DNA of 64,000 bases from a virus. Lineage: Duplodnaviria; Caudoviricetes. Position 1 is the first letter of the stretch. Each line of letters begins with the position of its first letter. Shown piece after piece: positions 38,230 to 47,671 of this stretch. The notes under the pieces were generated by a model. It ran no database searches, was not told the DNA's origin, and saw only the letters and a program-made list of their open reading frames with translations. Where the stretch lies: IMG/VR virus record IMGVR_UViG_3300025890_000021, positions 26,404-90,403 of that record; one strand, written 5' to 3'. The translations under genes were made by a program, and so were the position numbers.

Positions 38230-39060
38230 TTAATTTTTTTGCCAATAATCTCCATATCGTGGGTGTTCGTATTGTGGTTTATCTAACCACTTACTTAAAG
38301 TTACTTCTGCCTCTACATCATCAAGATGCCAATCACTATACCTATGTAGTAATTCAGCAACGATTGGATGTCGTACCACATCACTCATAGTAAATCGTGT
38401 AAATCCACACCCGTAAAGACCTGTGAATCGTTTGATACTATCTTCCAATCCATTCAATCCATTACTCTTCAAATCACTCTGCATTAAATCACCACTTACG
38501 ATATACTTAGAACCCATTCCAATTCGTGTAAGAAATGTTTTAACTTGAGATGTTGTAGAGTTTTGTGCTTCATCTAACATCACTATTTTGTTTTGTAGTG
38601 TTAATCCTCGCATGTATGCTAAAGGAACAACCTTTATAATTCCTGCTGACCGTAAAACATCTAACCTTTGTTTACCAATTAATTGTTCCATATTATAATA
38701 TACAGATTGCATAAATGGTTCTGTCTTCTCATCAATATCGCCAGGCAGGTATCCCATCTTTTCACCATCAACTTCCACCAATGGTTTAGTAACAATGATA
38801 CCATCATAGTTATTGTGTTTATCAGCAAGATTCTTTAGTGCCCAATATGTAGCAATATATGTCTTACCACAACCTGCAGGGCCAATACAAAAACTGATAG
38901 TATTTGATTCTATCGTATCATAGAAATTTTCTTGATTTTTGTTTTTGAATTGAACATCCCATTTGATTCTCTTGAGTTGCGACATCGCTTGTCGGTGATT
39001 GGAACACTCTTGATTAGATACAACCTTTGTAATAGTATTAACTTTTCGTTTATTACTCAT
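38230..39060 (-). CDS. phoH: PhoH-family ATPase
   Basis: GPAGCGKT, KMGYLPGD..EK, YMRG.T, DEAQN, SGDLMQSD, VVRHP. Confidence 0.92.
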   Translation of the reverse strand: MSNKRKVNTITKVVSNQECSNHRQAMSQLKRIKWDVQFKNKNQENFYDTIESNTISFCIGPAGCGKTYIATYWALKNLADKHNNYDGIIVTKPLVEVDGEKMGYLPGDIDEKTEPFMQSVYYNMEQLIGKQRLDVLRSAGIIKVVPLAYMRGLTLQNKIVMLDEAQNSTTSQVKTFLTRIGMGSKYIVSGDLMQSDLKSNGLNGLEDSIKRFTGLYGCGFTRFTMSDVVRHPIVAELLHRYSDWHLDDVEAEVTLSKWLDKPQYEHPRYGDYWQKN

Positions 39061-39153
39061 AGTAACTTTTCCCCTTAATGTTGGTTAAAGTGTAACTTGG
39101 GTTCTTACTAATAAGTATAATATATACTTGCTGTTATTAACAAGTATATACAA

Positions 39154-40107
39154 CTATTTTAATTTGTTCTTTACAAAATCCGTAATGATTTTAACTCCAC
39201 CTTTTTTAGTAGGTGATGCTAAACCAGCTTCTTCATCTTCTTCAATGTTTGGTAAATCATCTACATCAGGTTTAACTTCGATTGGTTCATTGTATATATC
39301 TTTCCAATGTTCTGTTTGAGTTTTTTCTTTTTCCTCACCATACATCTCCCAAAACTTCCACCATGATTTTGATTTTGGTTTAGGTGATTCGATAACTCCG
39401 TTCTCTTCTCTAAGCATTAATGCCTGATTAAACGCTACTACTAACATAACAGCTAATGGGTCAAAGACGAATATTAAAATAAAGATAAAGAATTTTACAA
39501 CACTATCTACATCAGTATCAAATGTTCTTGCAAGATATATTGCTGGTCCTACATCTACACCAGTCTCAACTAACCCAACTTTTAAATCACCAATCTCACC
39601 TTTAACTCTGAGTATCTCATCGTTAACAGATTGGATTCTTGGATTATAATCGTTACGAAGTTTTCGTTTAGCAGTGATATAGTTATCAGGTAAATCCTTT
39701 ACTTGGATATCTAATTCTTCTTTTAAGAATATTTTATCCTCAAGTAATTGGTCTAACCTATCTTCATATGCTATCAACTGATTTGATTGTTTTTCGAATG
39801 TTACCGTCGCACCTTGATAGGCGTTAGATAGGTAACCAAAAATTCCAGCAGATGTAATTAACACTAATGTTATTACTGCTGTCATAAGATATGTTCGTTG
39901 GAATATATTTATCTTATCCCAATATCGATATAGAAATGCTGCAGTAACCAACTTACCAAATTCTAACGAACCTGCCATGATGATTACACTTAATGCTGCT
40001 CCAGCAAAAAGTTTACTTAATCCGAATACTGAAAAGAATCCAGCACTCCCTGCAATAAGTAACGCTGCTATTCCCAAGTAAATGTGGAAATTCTCAGAGC
40101 GTTCCAT
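39154..40107 (-). CDS. multi-pass membrane protein with coiled coil
   Basis: TM helices flanking a coiled coil; FVFDPLAV. Confidence 0.65.
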   Translation of the reverse strand: MERSENFHIYLGIAALLIAGSAGFFSVFGLSKLFAGAALSVIIMAGSLEFGKLVTAAFLYRYWDKINIFQRTYLMTAVITLVLITSAGIFGYLSNAYQGATVTFEKQSNQLIAYEDRLDQLLEDKIFLKEELDIQVKDLPDNYITAKRKLRNDYNPRIQSVNDEILRVKGEIGDLKVGLVETGVDVGPAIYLARTFDTDVDSVVKFFIFILIFVFDPLAVMLVVAFNQALMLREENGVIESPKPKSKSWWKFWEMYGEEKEKTQTEHWKDIYNEPIEVKPDVDDLPNIEEDEEAGLASPTKKGGVKIITDFVKNKLK

Positions 40108-40120
40108 GTTGTTCTCCTAT

Positions 40121-40303
40121 TTATACATCGTCTTCTAATTCAACAATGTTCTGTAGGTCTTCTATTCTTTTAAAACAAACATCCACAATCCTTAACCACA
40201 AATCATATTGTGGATTTACATCGACTGGAATCCTGTCTTTTAGTCTACCTAACTCATTATCTAATGAAGCAATTCTGTCTAAGACATCATTCTTTCTTCT
40301 CAT
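40121..40303 (-). CDS. hypothetical protein
   Basis: GAGG RBS and upstream motif. Confidence 0.5.
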   Translation of the reverse strand: MRRKNDVLDRIASLDNELGRLKDRIPVDVNPQYDLWLRIVDVCFKRIEDLQNIVELEDDV

Positions 40304-40340
40304 ATTATTAACCTCTATTGTGTTGTATTATATAAATATC

Positions 40341-40871
40341 TTAAGATACATTTAACTGCTGTAATATATATTGTTTCAATGTATCCTTGTTACTATTATC
40401 AACATGACACCATGTCCATGCCATTGTTGTTTTTAAATTTGTTATTGTATCTGATACTGCATTAATGTGTTTTGATAATTGATTTCTCATATCATCATCC
40501 ATTGGAACTTCAACTCCCAACTCATCTGCCATTTCCATTAGGGCACCTAAATCTTTATTACGATTAGCCTCATTAGCTTTTTTAAACTTATCAGAATCAC
40601 CACCCTTATCAGGATGTGTCTTTCCTGCTACCTTTCTATATACTTGTTTGAATGTATCTTCTTCAACATCAGTTTTTATTTCAAGGTTTGTATCTTTGGA
40701 TGTTTGTGGTGGTACACTTAAATCAGGTTGTGTATCCAGCATGTAACTTCTAAAATCATTATTAAATTTTAACAAACAATCCTCATATATTATTTTGGTC
40801 TCTTCTAAATCTAATTGTAGGTATCGTAACTGGCTTCGAATCTTTCTATTTTTAATTGAATCTAAATCCAT
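40341..40871 (-). CDS. J-domain (DnaJ-like) protein
   Basis: YRKVAGKTHPDKGG..FKKANEA with HPD motif. Confidence 0.8.
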   Translation of the reverse strand: MDLDSIKNRKIRSQLRYLQLDLEETKIIYEDCLLKFNNDFRSYMLDTQPDLSVPPQTSKDTNLEIKTDVEEDTFKQVYRKVAGKTHPDKGGDSDKFKKANEANRNKDLGALMEMADELGVEVPMDDDMRNQLSKHINAVSDTITNLKTTMAWTWCHVDNSNKDTLKQYILQQLNVS

Positions 40872-41112
40872 ATAGTAATAAGTATCACTGCACGCGTACT
40901 ATGTCGTCTTTTATTTTTACATATCTCATCAATTGCTATATCAAAAGCGAGACTACAGGTAAGCAATATAGTCTGGTCTACAACCCAGCCTAAACCTATA
41001 TTACTATATATTTAGTTTGTTAGGACTTTTGTTTGGTCGCTCATCCAAACGCTTTCACTCACTTCCGAAAACAACAACCCACCGAAGTGGTAACAAGAAA
41101 TCACGAGTCACA

Positions 41113-41319
41113 TTATGTTTCTTGATTATTTAATTCTTCAAACTCTGCATCTATTAGTTTCATGCAGATAAAATAGACATCACCATTCTTCAGAACAGCA
41201 TCAGCTAATCCATACTGATGTTTTAATTGTTCAGGAGAATAACCAGAATCAACCCTTGCCGTTCCGAGAATGGCGTATCTGTCATTTCCTACCGAGACTA
41301 GTTTAGGAAATTTTGACAG
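41113..41319 (-). CDS. 68-aa ORF with no ATG (CTG start?)
   Basis: Open frame LSKFPKLVSVGNDRYAILGTARVDSGYSPEQLKHQYGLADAVLKNGDVYFICMKLIDAEFEELNNQET. Confidence 0.4.
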   Translation of the reverse strand: MSKFPKLVSVGNDRYAILGTARVDSGYSPEQLKHQYGLADAVLKNGDVYFICMKLIDAEFEELNNQET

Positions 41320-41776
41320 CGGTCTTTTTTGGTTTCTTTGGTTCTATCTTTGGAATCTCAATAGATAATAGACCACTCTTGAAAGAGGCCTTTACTTTAT
41401 CACCATTGAGCTGTTCACCTAATTCGAACTGGCGTTTAAAAGATGATTGCTTTAATTCCTTACGAATTACTTTAGCACCCTCATCATCAAACAACCCATG
41501 TTTGTTTCCAGCTATAGTCAATACACCCTCTTCCACTTCAATAGTTAAGTCTTTTTTATCAAGACCAGGTATCTCGGCGATTACTCCAACCTTATCATCA
41601 TACTCATATACATTTACTTTTGGATATGCAGTACCTGTGAATGGTTTTACACCTACCTGTTTTTCTACTTGTGGAAATTGTGTGTGAATTAACTGGTCAA
41701 ACAACCTGTCGAATGGTGTTAGAAATTCATCCCTATCAATGACAGGGAACTTGTGATTTAAAACGAATTTAGTCAT
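41303..41776 (-). CDS. Hsp20 / alpha-crystallin small heat-shock protein
   Basis: YPKVNVYE..AEIPG..K.DL.IEVE.GVLTI.G..SFKRQF.L..A.F..GLL.I.IPK. Confidence 0.92.
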   Translation of the reverse strand: MTKFVLNHKFPVIDRDEFLTPFDRLFDQLIHTQFPQVEKQVGVKPFTGTAYPKVNVYEYDDKVGVIAEIPGLDKKDLTIEVEEGVLTIAGNKHGLFDDEGAKVIRKELKQSSFKRQFELGEQLNGDKVKASFKSGLLSIEIPKIEPKKPKKTAVKIS

Positions 41777-41880
41777 AATATACTCCTTATTGTTTAGTTA
41801 ACTTTCGTTCAACTCGTATCCTCATTTGAGCGATACATCGTTATAGTAATCTACCTATACAGCGTAGAATCTTTACTACA

Positions 41881-41891
41881 TATATAAATAT
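41881..41891 (-). promoter_or_regulatory. WTAYTTATWW motif ahead of the hsp20 leader
   Basis: ATATTTATATA. Confidence 0.45.
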
Positions 41892-42078
41892 AAGGTTAAT
41901 GCAGAAAAATGTAATTTATTTTTTCAATAATTTTTTAGGAACCCAAACTATCTTACCCATAGAATCTAGTCCCTTAACTTTTTCTGAATGTTCTTTAGAA
42001 TCAAATTCTGAGTCTTCTACTTTTAGTTTGGTGTCCTTGTATATCATACCCTCAATTGTAGGGTAATCATACAACACC

Positions 42079-42363
42079 TTAACTTTCATCAGCGTAGTGT
42101 TCTAATGGTGCATACATTTCTAACTTCTGTATTAGAAGTTCTGGGTCTTGTACACCCACCATAGTTTCTTGCACTTCACCATCTTGTACTATCTTGATTG
42201 CTGGTACACTTCTTATTTGGTAACTTTCAGCTAAGACTGGGTCTTGGTCTACATCTTGAAAAAAGATAGGATATCCTTTCTTCTCTAAAGATTCCATTAG
42301 TGGCTTAAATGTTTTGCAAGGGCCACACCATTCTGCACTGAAATAATATATTCTTGTTTCCAT
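42079..42363 (-). CDS. thioredoxin
   Basis: FSAEWCGPCK. Confidence 0.9.
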   Translation of the reverse strand: METRIYYFSAEWCGPCKTFKPLMESLEKKGYPIFFQDVDQDPVLAESYQIRSVPAIKIVQDGEVQETMVGVQDPELLIQKLEMYAPLEHYADES

Positions 42364-42440
42364 TTTAATTACTCCATGTTATTTCTTTATAACTTTGTGT
42401 TGTTGTTTCAGTAGCGTAAGGTACTACAATTTTATATGTA

Positions 42441-42980
42441 TTACTTCTCTTCTGCTTCTGCTTTTTCTTCTGCTGTTTTATCAACATAATCTTTACTCGC
42501 TTCTTTTTTAGCTTCTGTAATTTCTTTTGCAGCTTGTACTACAAAATCTTTTTTCTTTCCACCATGATAATCGTAAGCATGACCTTCTTCAATTAAGATA
42601 TCATTTACACTTACCCAACCATCTACTGATAAATCAATATCGTGGTCGTTGTTAGCGATACATTCTTTTATGTGGTCACCAACTACTTCAGGTGATACAA
42701 AAATTTCACCTAATACTCTACCGAACTTACCAGTACCATGTGAAATTAATTTAAAAACTCCAGCTTCTAATAAATGTTTATTACGAGCTTTTGCTTCTAA
42801 ACCTTTTGCTTTTTCTTCAAGGTCACGAGTTCTACTTTCCCAAGTATCAATACCCATATACCTAATTCTCTTTTTAATTTTTAAATCAAAACCTAAATCA
42901 ATCCAACAATCGATTGTGTCTCCATCTAAAACTTTTATCAATTCACATTGATATTCACGAACATCTAATTTCTTAGCCAT
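42441..42980 (-). CDS. thermonuclease (SNase-like) family protein
   Basis: KVLDGDTI..IR..GIDT.E..KFGRVLG. Confidence 0.85.
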   Translation of the reverse strand: MAKKLDVREYQCELIKVLDGDTIDCWIDLGFDLKIKKRIRYMGIDTWESRTRDLEEKAKGLEAKARNKHLLEAGVFKLISHGTGKFGRVLGEIFVSPEVVGDHIKECIANNDHDIDLSVDGWVSVNDILIEEGHAYDYHGGKKKDFVVQAAKEITEAKKEASKDYVDKTAEEKAEAEEK

Positions 42981-43029
42981 TACATTTCTCCAAGTTTAAG
43001 TAACCAAGAGAAATGAATTCTCTACTTAT

Positions 43030-43308
43030 TTATATTCTTCGTATTCCAACTTGTCTTGCGAGTACTATTAGTTTGGTAGTATCTTTTGTAATATTACCAT
43101 CCCTAATAGAACTTAACGCTCCCTCAAGTTCTTTTAGTTTGAAAGGCAAAGTATAATGTTTGCCCTCATATAAATATGTATCTATTCGTTTTAATGAAAT
43201 ATTATGAGCCAATTCCATCGCTTCTTTGAAGTATGTGTAAGCTACAAAATCACCTCTGTATTTAGGACACTTATCAGATAAGAGTATATACTCATCGTAT
43301 GTAATCAT
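43030..43308 (-). CDS. hypothetical protein
   Basis: ORF track; tiles with neighbour. Confidence 0.5.
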   Translation of the reverse strand: MITYDEYILLSDKCPKYRGDFVAYTYFKEAMELAHNISLKRIDTYLYEGKHYTLPFKLKELEGALSSIRDGNITKDTTKLIVLARQVGIRRI

Positions 43309-43547
43309 ATGTCAAGCTCCAATTGGTTACCAGTGACATCTTTAAAACTTTCTTGATAGCCTTTCCACATCTCGATTGATAGTGGATTGTCTTTTGCTAA
43401 ATGTTCTTTTATTCCAGCAGTTAGATGTTTATCAAGATTAGCTTCAATCTCTACAGCTAACATATCACGAAATGAATCAGATGCCATATTGGCTTGTGAA
43501 TTTGTATGTCGGTCTAAAACCTTTTTTATTATTTGTTTCATGTACAA
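43305..43547 (-). CDS. hypothetical protein
   Basis: ORF track; AGGA RBS. Confidence 0.5.
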   Translation of the reverse strand: MYMKQIIKKVLDRHTNSQANMASDSFRDMLAVEIEANLDKHLTAGIKEHLAKDNPLSIEMWKGYQESFKDVTGNQLELDI

Positions 43548-43605
43548 AAATTCCTATGTTATAAATAAATATCTATCCAATCTTTCAAAATTTAAAATAA
43601 TTTGA

Positions 43606-43641
43606 GCGGGTGGAAAAGAAAGGAAAGAAAAAACCACCCGC
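43606..43641 (-). terminator. GC-rich hairpin downstream of the AAA+ gene
   Basis: GCGGGTGG / CCACCCGC 8-bp stem; no clear U-tract after the stem. Confidence 0.4.
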
Positions 43642-43664
43642 CCAGGTAGGACGGTTATCCTACC

Positions 43665-44825
43665 TTAGAAACCATCAGCGACTGATTCTTCCTCTTCATT
43701 GAAAAGGTTCTCATCGCTTCCATCGTTCATGAACTTCTGAAGTAACTGCTTTACAAAAGTTCTCTCAGAATCAACACCACCATCATCAGCGAACTGAGGA
43801 TAGATACTAACTTCAGCAGCCTCATCAAGACCAAATCCATCGTAAATCAATCCAGCCATCTCGACTGAAGTTCTCGTAGAAACACCATTTGAAACTTTAC
43901 CAGTATCAGATTTAGATTCCATACGAGTGGTGTGAGCAATCTCAGCAACAGCAGAGAGTAACTCGGGGTCAACATGAGGGAACATATAACTTAACAAGCC
44001 AGTTTCCTCTTCATCAGTTAAGACATCCATCTCAACAATAGTGAATCTGTCCATCAAAGCTTTATCCATCACACGAGTAGAAGTATACTCATTACCGATA
44101 TTAGCAGTAGCGACGAAAGTAACGCCTTCAGCGACTGGGATAGTTTCCTGTCCACTAGCCTCATCCAACCTCAAGTATCTTTGACCTTGGTCAAGAACTG
44201 TCATCAGAATATTCCAAGCATCTGGATGAGCTCTTGATAACTCATCAAGAAGTATCACAGCGTTTGGAGTCTGAATAGCTTTAACAAATAGAGACTGAGA
44301 AAAGTAAGTACCTTTCTTCTTATCGAAGTGTACATTACCAATCAAAGTGGCTCTTGGGTCTTGAGTAGAACCCATGTTGAAATAGAAGTCTGGTCTATCT
44401 AAGGAATTAACCAAAGATTTAGCAGCCATGGTTTTACCACAACCAGCTGGACCAGTCATCAGAATGTTCTTACCTCTAACGGCAGAACGAATCAAATACT
44501 TCCACTTAAGTTCTTTCATAACCAAACCTTGTGGTTTAAGATTATAAGAACCATGAATAAAATTTAAAACCTCAGCGTGGTCACTTGGAACCTCAACTGA
44601 AGACAAATCAATAGCTGGGGCTGAATTAGCCTCGAACTCTGACATGGGAACCACCCACCAGTAATTCTTACCTGATTTGTTAACTCTCTGTTCAAGGGCC
44701 ATACCCTTTGAATGTGCTCTTTTACGAGCCGAAATAGAAATCTCTGAGGTAAACTTGTTACCATCGGCATCCCAAGCATTATACCTGTTACCTGATTTCT
44801 CGATTTTTACAACTAAATTAGCCAT
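43665..44825 (-). CDS. MoxR/CobS/CbbQ-like AAA+ ATPase
   Basis: GPAGCGKT, ILLDELSR, ATANIG..Y..MDKALMDRF. Confidence 0.88.
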   Translation of the reverse strand: MANLVVKIEKSGNRYNAWDADGNKFTSEISISARKRAHSKGMALEQRVNKSGKNYWWVVPMSEFEANSAPAIDLSSVEVPSDHAEVLNFIHGSYNLKPQGLVMKELKWKYLIRSAVRGKNILMTGPAGCGKTMAAKSLVNSLDRPDFYFNMGSTQDPRATLIGNVHFDKKKGTYFSQSLFVKAIQTPNAVILLDELSRAHPDAWNILMTVLDQGQRYLRLDEASGQETIPVAEGVTFVATANIGNEYTSTRVMDKALMDRFTIVEMDVLTDEEETGLLSYMFPHVDPELLSAVAEIAHTTRMESKSDTGKVSNGVSTRTSVEMAGLIYDGFGLDEAAEVSIYPQFADDGGVDSERTFVKQLLQKFMNDGSDENLFNEEEESVADGF

Positions 44826-44888
44826 ATATTAACTCCTGTTCTTTTCTTTTTTTTGAATTCTTTATTTTATCTCTCCAAATCATACCAT

Positions 44889-44928
44889 AATATAAGGCCT
44901 TTTGCCTATACGAGTCAAGTGTTTTTTT
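44889..44928 (-). promoter_or_regulatory. conserved sigma70-type promoter, copy 4
   Basis: CAC-TTGACT-N18-TATATT. Confidence 0.7.
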
Positions 44929-44951
44929 CACTTTTTTTAAAATAATTTTCA

Positions 44952-45131
44952 CTAACCTTTCCACCAATGTAACTTACCATTAGAATCTTGAAATGAACCC
45001 CAGCCACATGAGTTCCAAACACACTTCCATTCTATCTCAAAGATTGAGTCTTTGAACACTTTCATGTTCCAGCCACAAGTCATACATGGTGGGGTATGTT
45101 CATTCCAAAATTTATTCCATAACCATCTCAT
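44952..45131 (-). CDS. Trp-rich Zn-ribbon miniprotein (59 aa)
   Basis: Hand translation MRWLWNKFWNEHTPPCMTCGWNMKVFKDSIFEIEWKCVWNSCGWGSFQDSNGKLHWWKG. Confidence 0.5.
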   Translation of the reverse strand: MRWLWNKFWNEHTPPCMTCGWNMKVFKDSIFEIEWKCVWNSCGWGSFQDSNGKLHWWKG

Positions 45132-45132
45132 A

Positions 45133-47325
45133 TTAATTCTTCTCCAAGAATTTCTTGTTCATGGTTTTTGAAATCTGAGCAACACTATTGAGGTCGATGA
45201 ACTCTGCATCAACACCATACATTGTTTTGAAATCATTTAAGTTATTACCACTACGGTCATAAGAATCACCAACAAAATAACTAAGAACTTTAACACCCAT
45301 TTTACGAATCTCGTTAACTTGATTCTTAGTGTGTGTTAGTGCCTCTTGATTATAGTAATTGAAATTTGAATTACTGAACATTGGCATTCCATCTGAAATA
45401 TTCAAGAAGTATGAATCACGATTTTGTGAAGTAGGAACGATATCTTTCATGATAGCTTCGAAACATAATCCCTCTGGTGTAGTTCCACCTGGATAAACAC
45501 AAGGAAACATTTTCTTCACTTTTGAAAACTTATCTTCTCTTGAATCATAACCAACTAAAATAAGTGGTGAAGTATCTGAACGATAATTTCTTCCATTAGA
45601 ATCATGAGTACTTCTGAAACTTACAGCCACATCAACATTAGAAATCATATCAACAGCTTTACAAATAGCAACTACGGTCTTCATAGTGTTGTCCCACTTG
45701 GAACCACTCATAGAACCAGAAGCATCAACTGAGATGTGTAAGAAAGCATCTGAATAACTTTCAGTAAATGTTTGAGAGAAAACTCTTGAGTTTCCAAAAC
45801 CTAACTCAGCAATCAATCTCTTATCAATACGACCAGAATCTAATCTGTTCCATTTCAAATCTCTTGATTCACCACGAACTTGTAACTTACGACCTAACTT
45901 GGTTCCGAGAGCAATACCCTCTGATAACCATGTTGTCTCTCCATGCCATTCCATTTTTTTACGAAGTAAGTAAGGAAACGCTGAAGTATCAATCATTGAT
46001 TGAGTAAGTTTCTTAACATAGATAACTCCAACACCATTCTTAGAGTAAGTGTACTCACCAGTATTGTAATCATAATCACCACGAATTTCCATAGAAGTAC
46101 CAGCCTGAACTTTCTCAACTCCAGCATCTTCCATAGTTCTAACCATAGCAGAATCTTTCTTGGTCAACTTACCAGTCTTAGTAGGTTTACCCTCAATGAA
46201 TTTTCTCTGTTTTTCAAGAGCATTCTTCAATTGTTTTTTCTGAGCATCTGTTAACTCAACATCTGAATCAGGTGGGTTACCACTTGGGTCGGAATGTTCA
46301 GGTAGAAAATCTTCAGCATCTGGTACATCAATACCAGCATCTTGAGGAGATAAAGGTTCTAAACCATTTCTCTCTCTGTGATAATTCTCAGTATCTAAAT
46401 CATTAAGAGCTTGTTGAAGTTCTCCATCTAACTCTTGATTCTGAAATTTGTTATCATCAGATTTCTCTGGTAATTGAGCAACATTATCAAGAATAATTCC
46501 ATAAACTTCAAGAGCCACATTGAAAGCATCTTCGGTAGAAGTTAACTTCTTAACTTTACCACCAGCAAAAATAGTCTTGTAAATCTTATCAAGACTTGGA
46601 AGAACATCTAACCTACGATTCTTGTTAGTTAGGTTGATGATTCTGAAAATATATGAGTCCCAATCTAAATCAGTATACTCATTAGATTTGATACCCTTAT
46701 CAATAACTTTAGAATGGAAGTACTTCTCATACATAGAAGTGTAATAACCTTTGTAACCTGGTGAAGTAGAATAAACATACCAATCGATTCTTCTATCTTC
46801 AACATAGTTCAATAAATTCTTTACATGACCAATAACATCATATCTTGAATAACCAATCTTTTCAGCATCTAAGTAAATCTCTTCAGTAATAGAACTCTCA
46901 AGATTTCTTAAGAAGTCAAAATCAGAAAGTTTGATGTGTGAACCCTCATGAAGAGCCAAACCAACGACTGGGTCAAAGTTTTTCTCATCAATCTTAGAAC
47001 CAATCATAACGGCTTTACCATCAGTATAAGAACTATCATTACTTTGAAATCTGACAGGAATATCAGAACGACCAGTAACGATGTTTACGAAGTTAGAAAT
47101 AGCTCTACGATATTGAGCTAACTGAATATGGTCAACACCTTTTTTAATAGGAGCATCTTCATCAATATCGATGATATCAGTCCTACGAGTGTTCCACTCA
47201 TTATCAGCCCAAAACGAAGAAAACGGATTAGTTCTTTTTGTAGAACCAACACTATATTTCTCACGAAGTGCCATGGGGTTAAAATGTTTAAATTTTGAAT
47301 CCATTCTTTTTTTCCTTTTTTTCAT
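45133..47325 (-). CDS. CobT-like VWA protein with N-terminal zincin motif
   Basis: ALHEGSH..NYVEDRRI; MIDAS DASGSMSG, GGTTP, SDG; likely start at 47304. Confidence 0.8.
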   Translation of the reverse strand: MKKRKKRMDSKFKHFNPMALREKYSVGSTKRTNPFSSFWADNEWNTRRTDIIDIDEDAPIKKGVDHIQLAQYRRAISNFVNIVTGRSDIPVRFQSNDSSYTDGKAVMIGSKIDEKNFDPVVGLALHEGSHIKLSDFDFLRNLESSITEEIYLDAEKIGYSRYDVIGHVKNLLNYVEDRRIDWYVYSTSPGYKGYYTSMYEKYFHSKVIDKGIKSNEYTDLDWDSYIFRIINLTNKNRRLDVLPSLDKIYKTIFAGGKVKKLTSTEDAFNVALEVYGIILDNVAQLPEKSDDNKFQNQELDGELQQALNDLDTENYHRERNGLEPLSPQDAGIDVPDAEDFLPEHSDPSGNPPDSDVELTDAQKKQLKNALEKQRKFIEGKPTKTGKLTKKDSAMVRTMEDAGVEKVQAGTSMEIRGDYDYNTGEYTYSKNGVGVIYVKKLTQSMIDTSAFPYLLRKKMEWHGETTWLSEGIALGTKLGRKLQVRGESRDLKWNRLDSGRIDKRLIAELGFGNSRVFSQTFTESYSDAFLHISVDASGSMSGSKWDNTMKTVVAICKAVDMISNVDVAVSFRSTHDSNGRNYRSDTSPLILVGYDSREDKFSKVKKMFPCVYPGGTTPEGLCFEAIMKDIVPTSQNRDSYFLNISDGMPMFSNSNFNYYNQEALTHTKNQVNEIRKMGVKVLSYFVGDSYDRSGNNLNDFKTMYGVDAEFIDLNSVAQISKTMNKKFLEKN

Positions 47326-47330
47326 ACCTT

Positions 47331-47370
47331 AATATAAGGCTTTTTTACCATACTTGTCAAGTGTTTTTTT
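47331..47370 (-). promoter_or_regulatory. conserved sigma70-type promoter, copy 5
   Basis: CAC-TTGACA-N18-TATATT. Confidence 0.7.
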
Positions 47371-47581
47371 TATTTTTTTTAAATTAATTTTCACTAGCCA
47401 GTTTCTCTACCAACTCATCCATACCACATTTAGGTTCTGGTAGATGGTCTGTAATAACATCGACTTCTTCTAAGTCTAACTCAAGTTCATTTAACGCTTC
47501 TACTTTAAGTAGTTCATTTAACTCTTCAAAAAACTCTTCTGGTAAACCAATCATTCTTTTTTTCCCTTTATCTTATACAGC

Positions 47582-47620
47582 AATATAAGGCTTTTTTATA
47601 ATATAAGTCAAGGTTTTTTT
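47582..47620 (-). promoter_or_regulatory. conserved sigma70-type promoter, copy 6
   Basis: TTGACT-N18-TATATT with A-tract. Confidence 0.65.
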
Positions 47621-47671
47621 TATATTTTATATATATATTATAGTAGGTAGGTAGCAGGTTTGGCAGGAATT

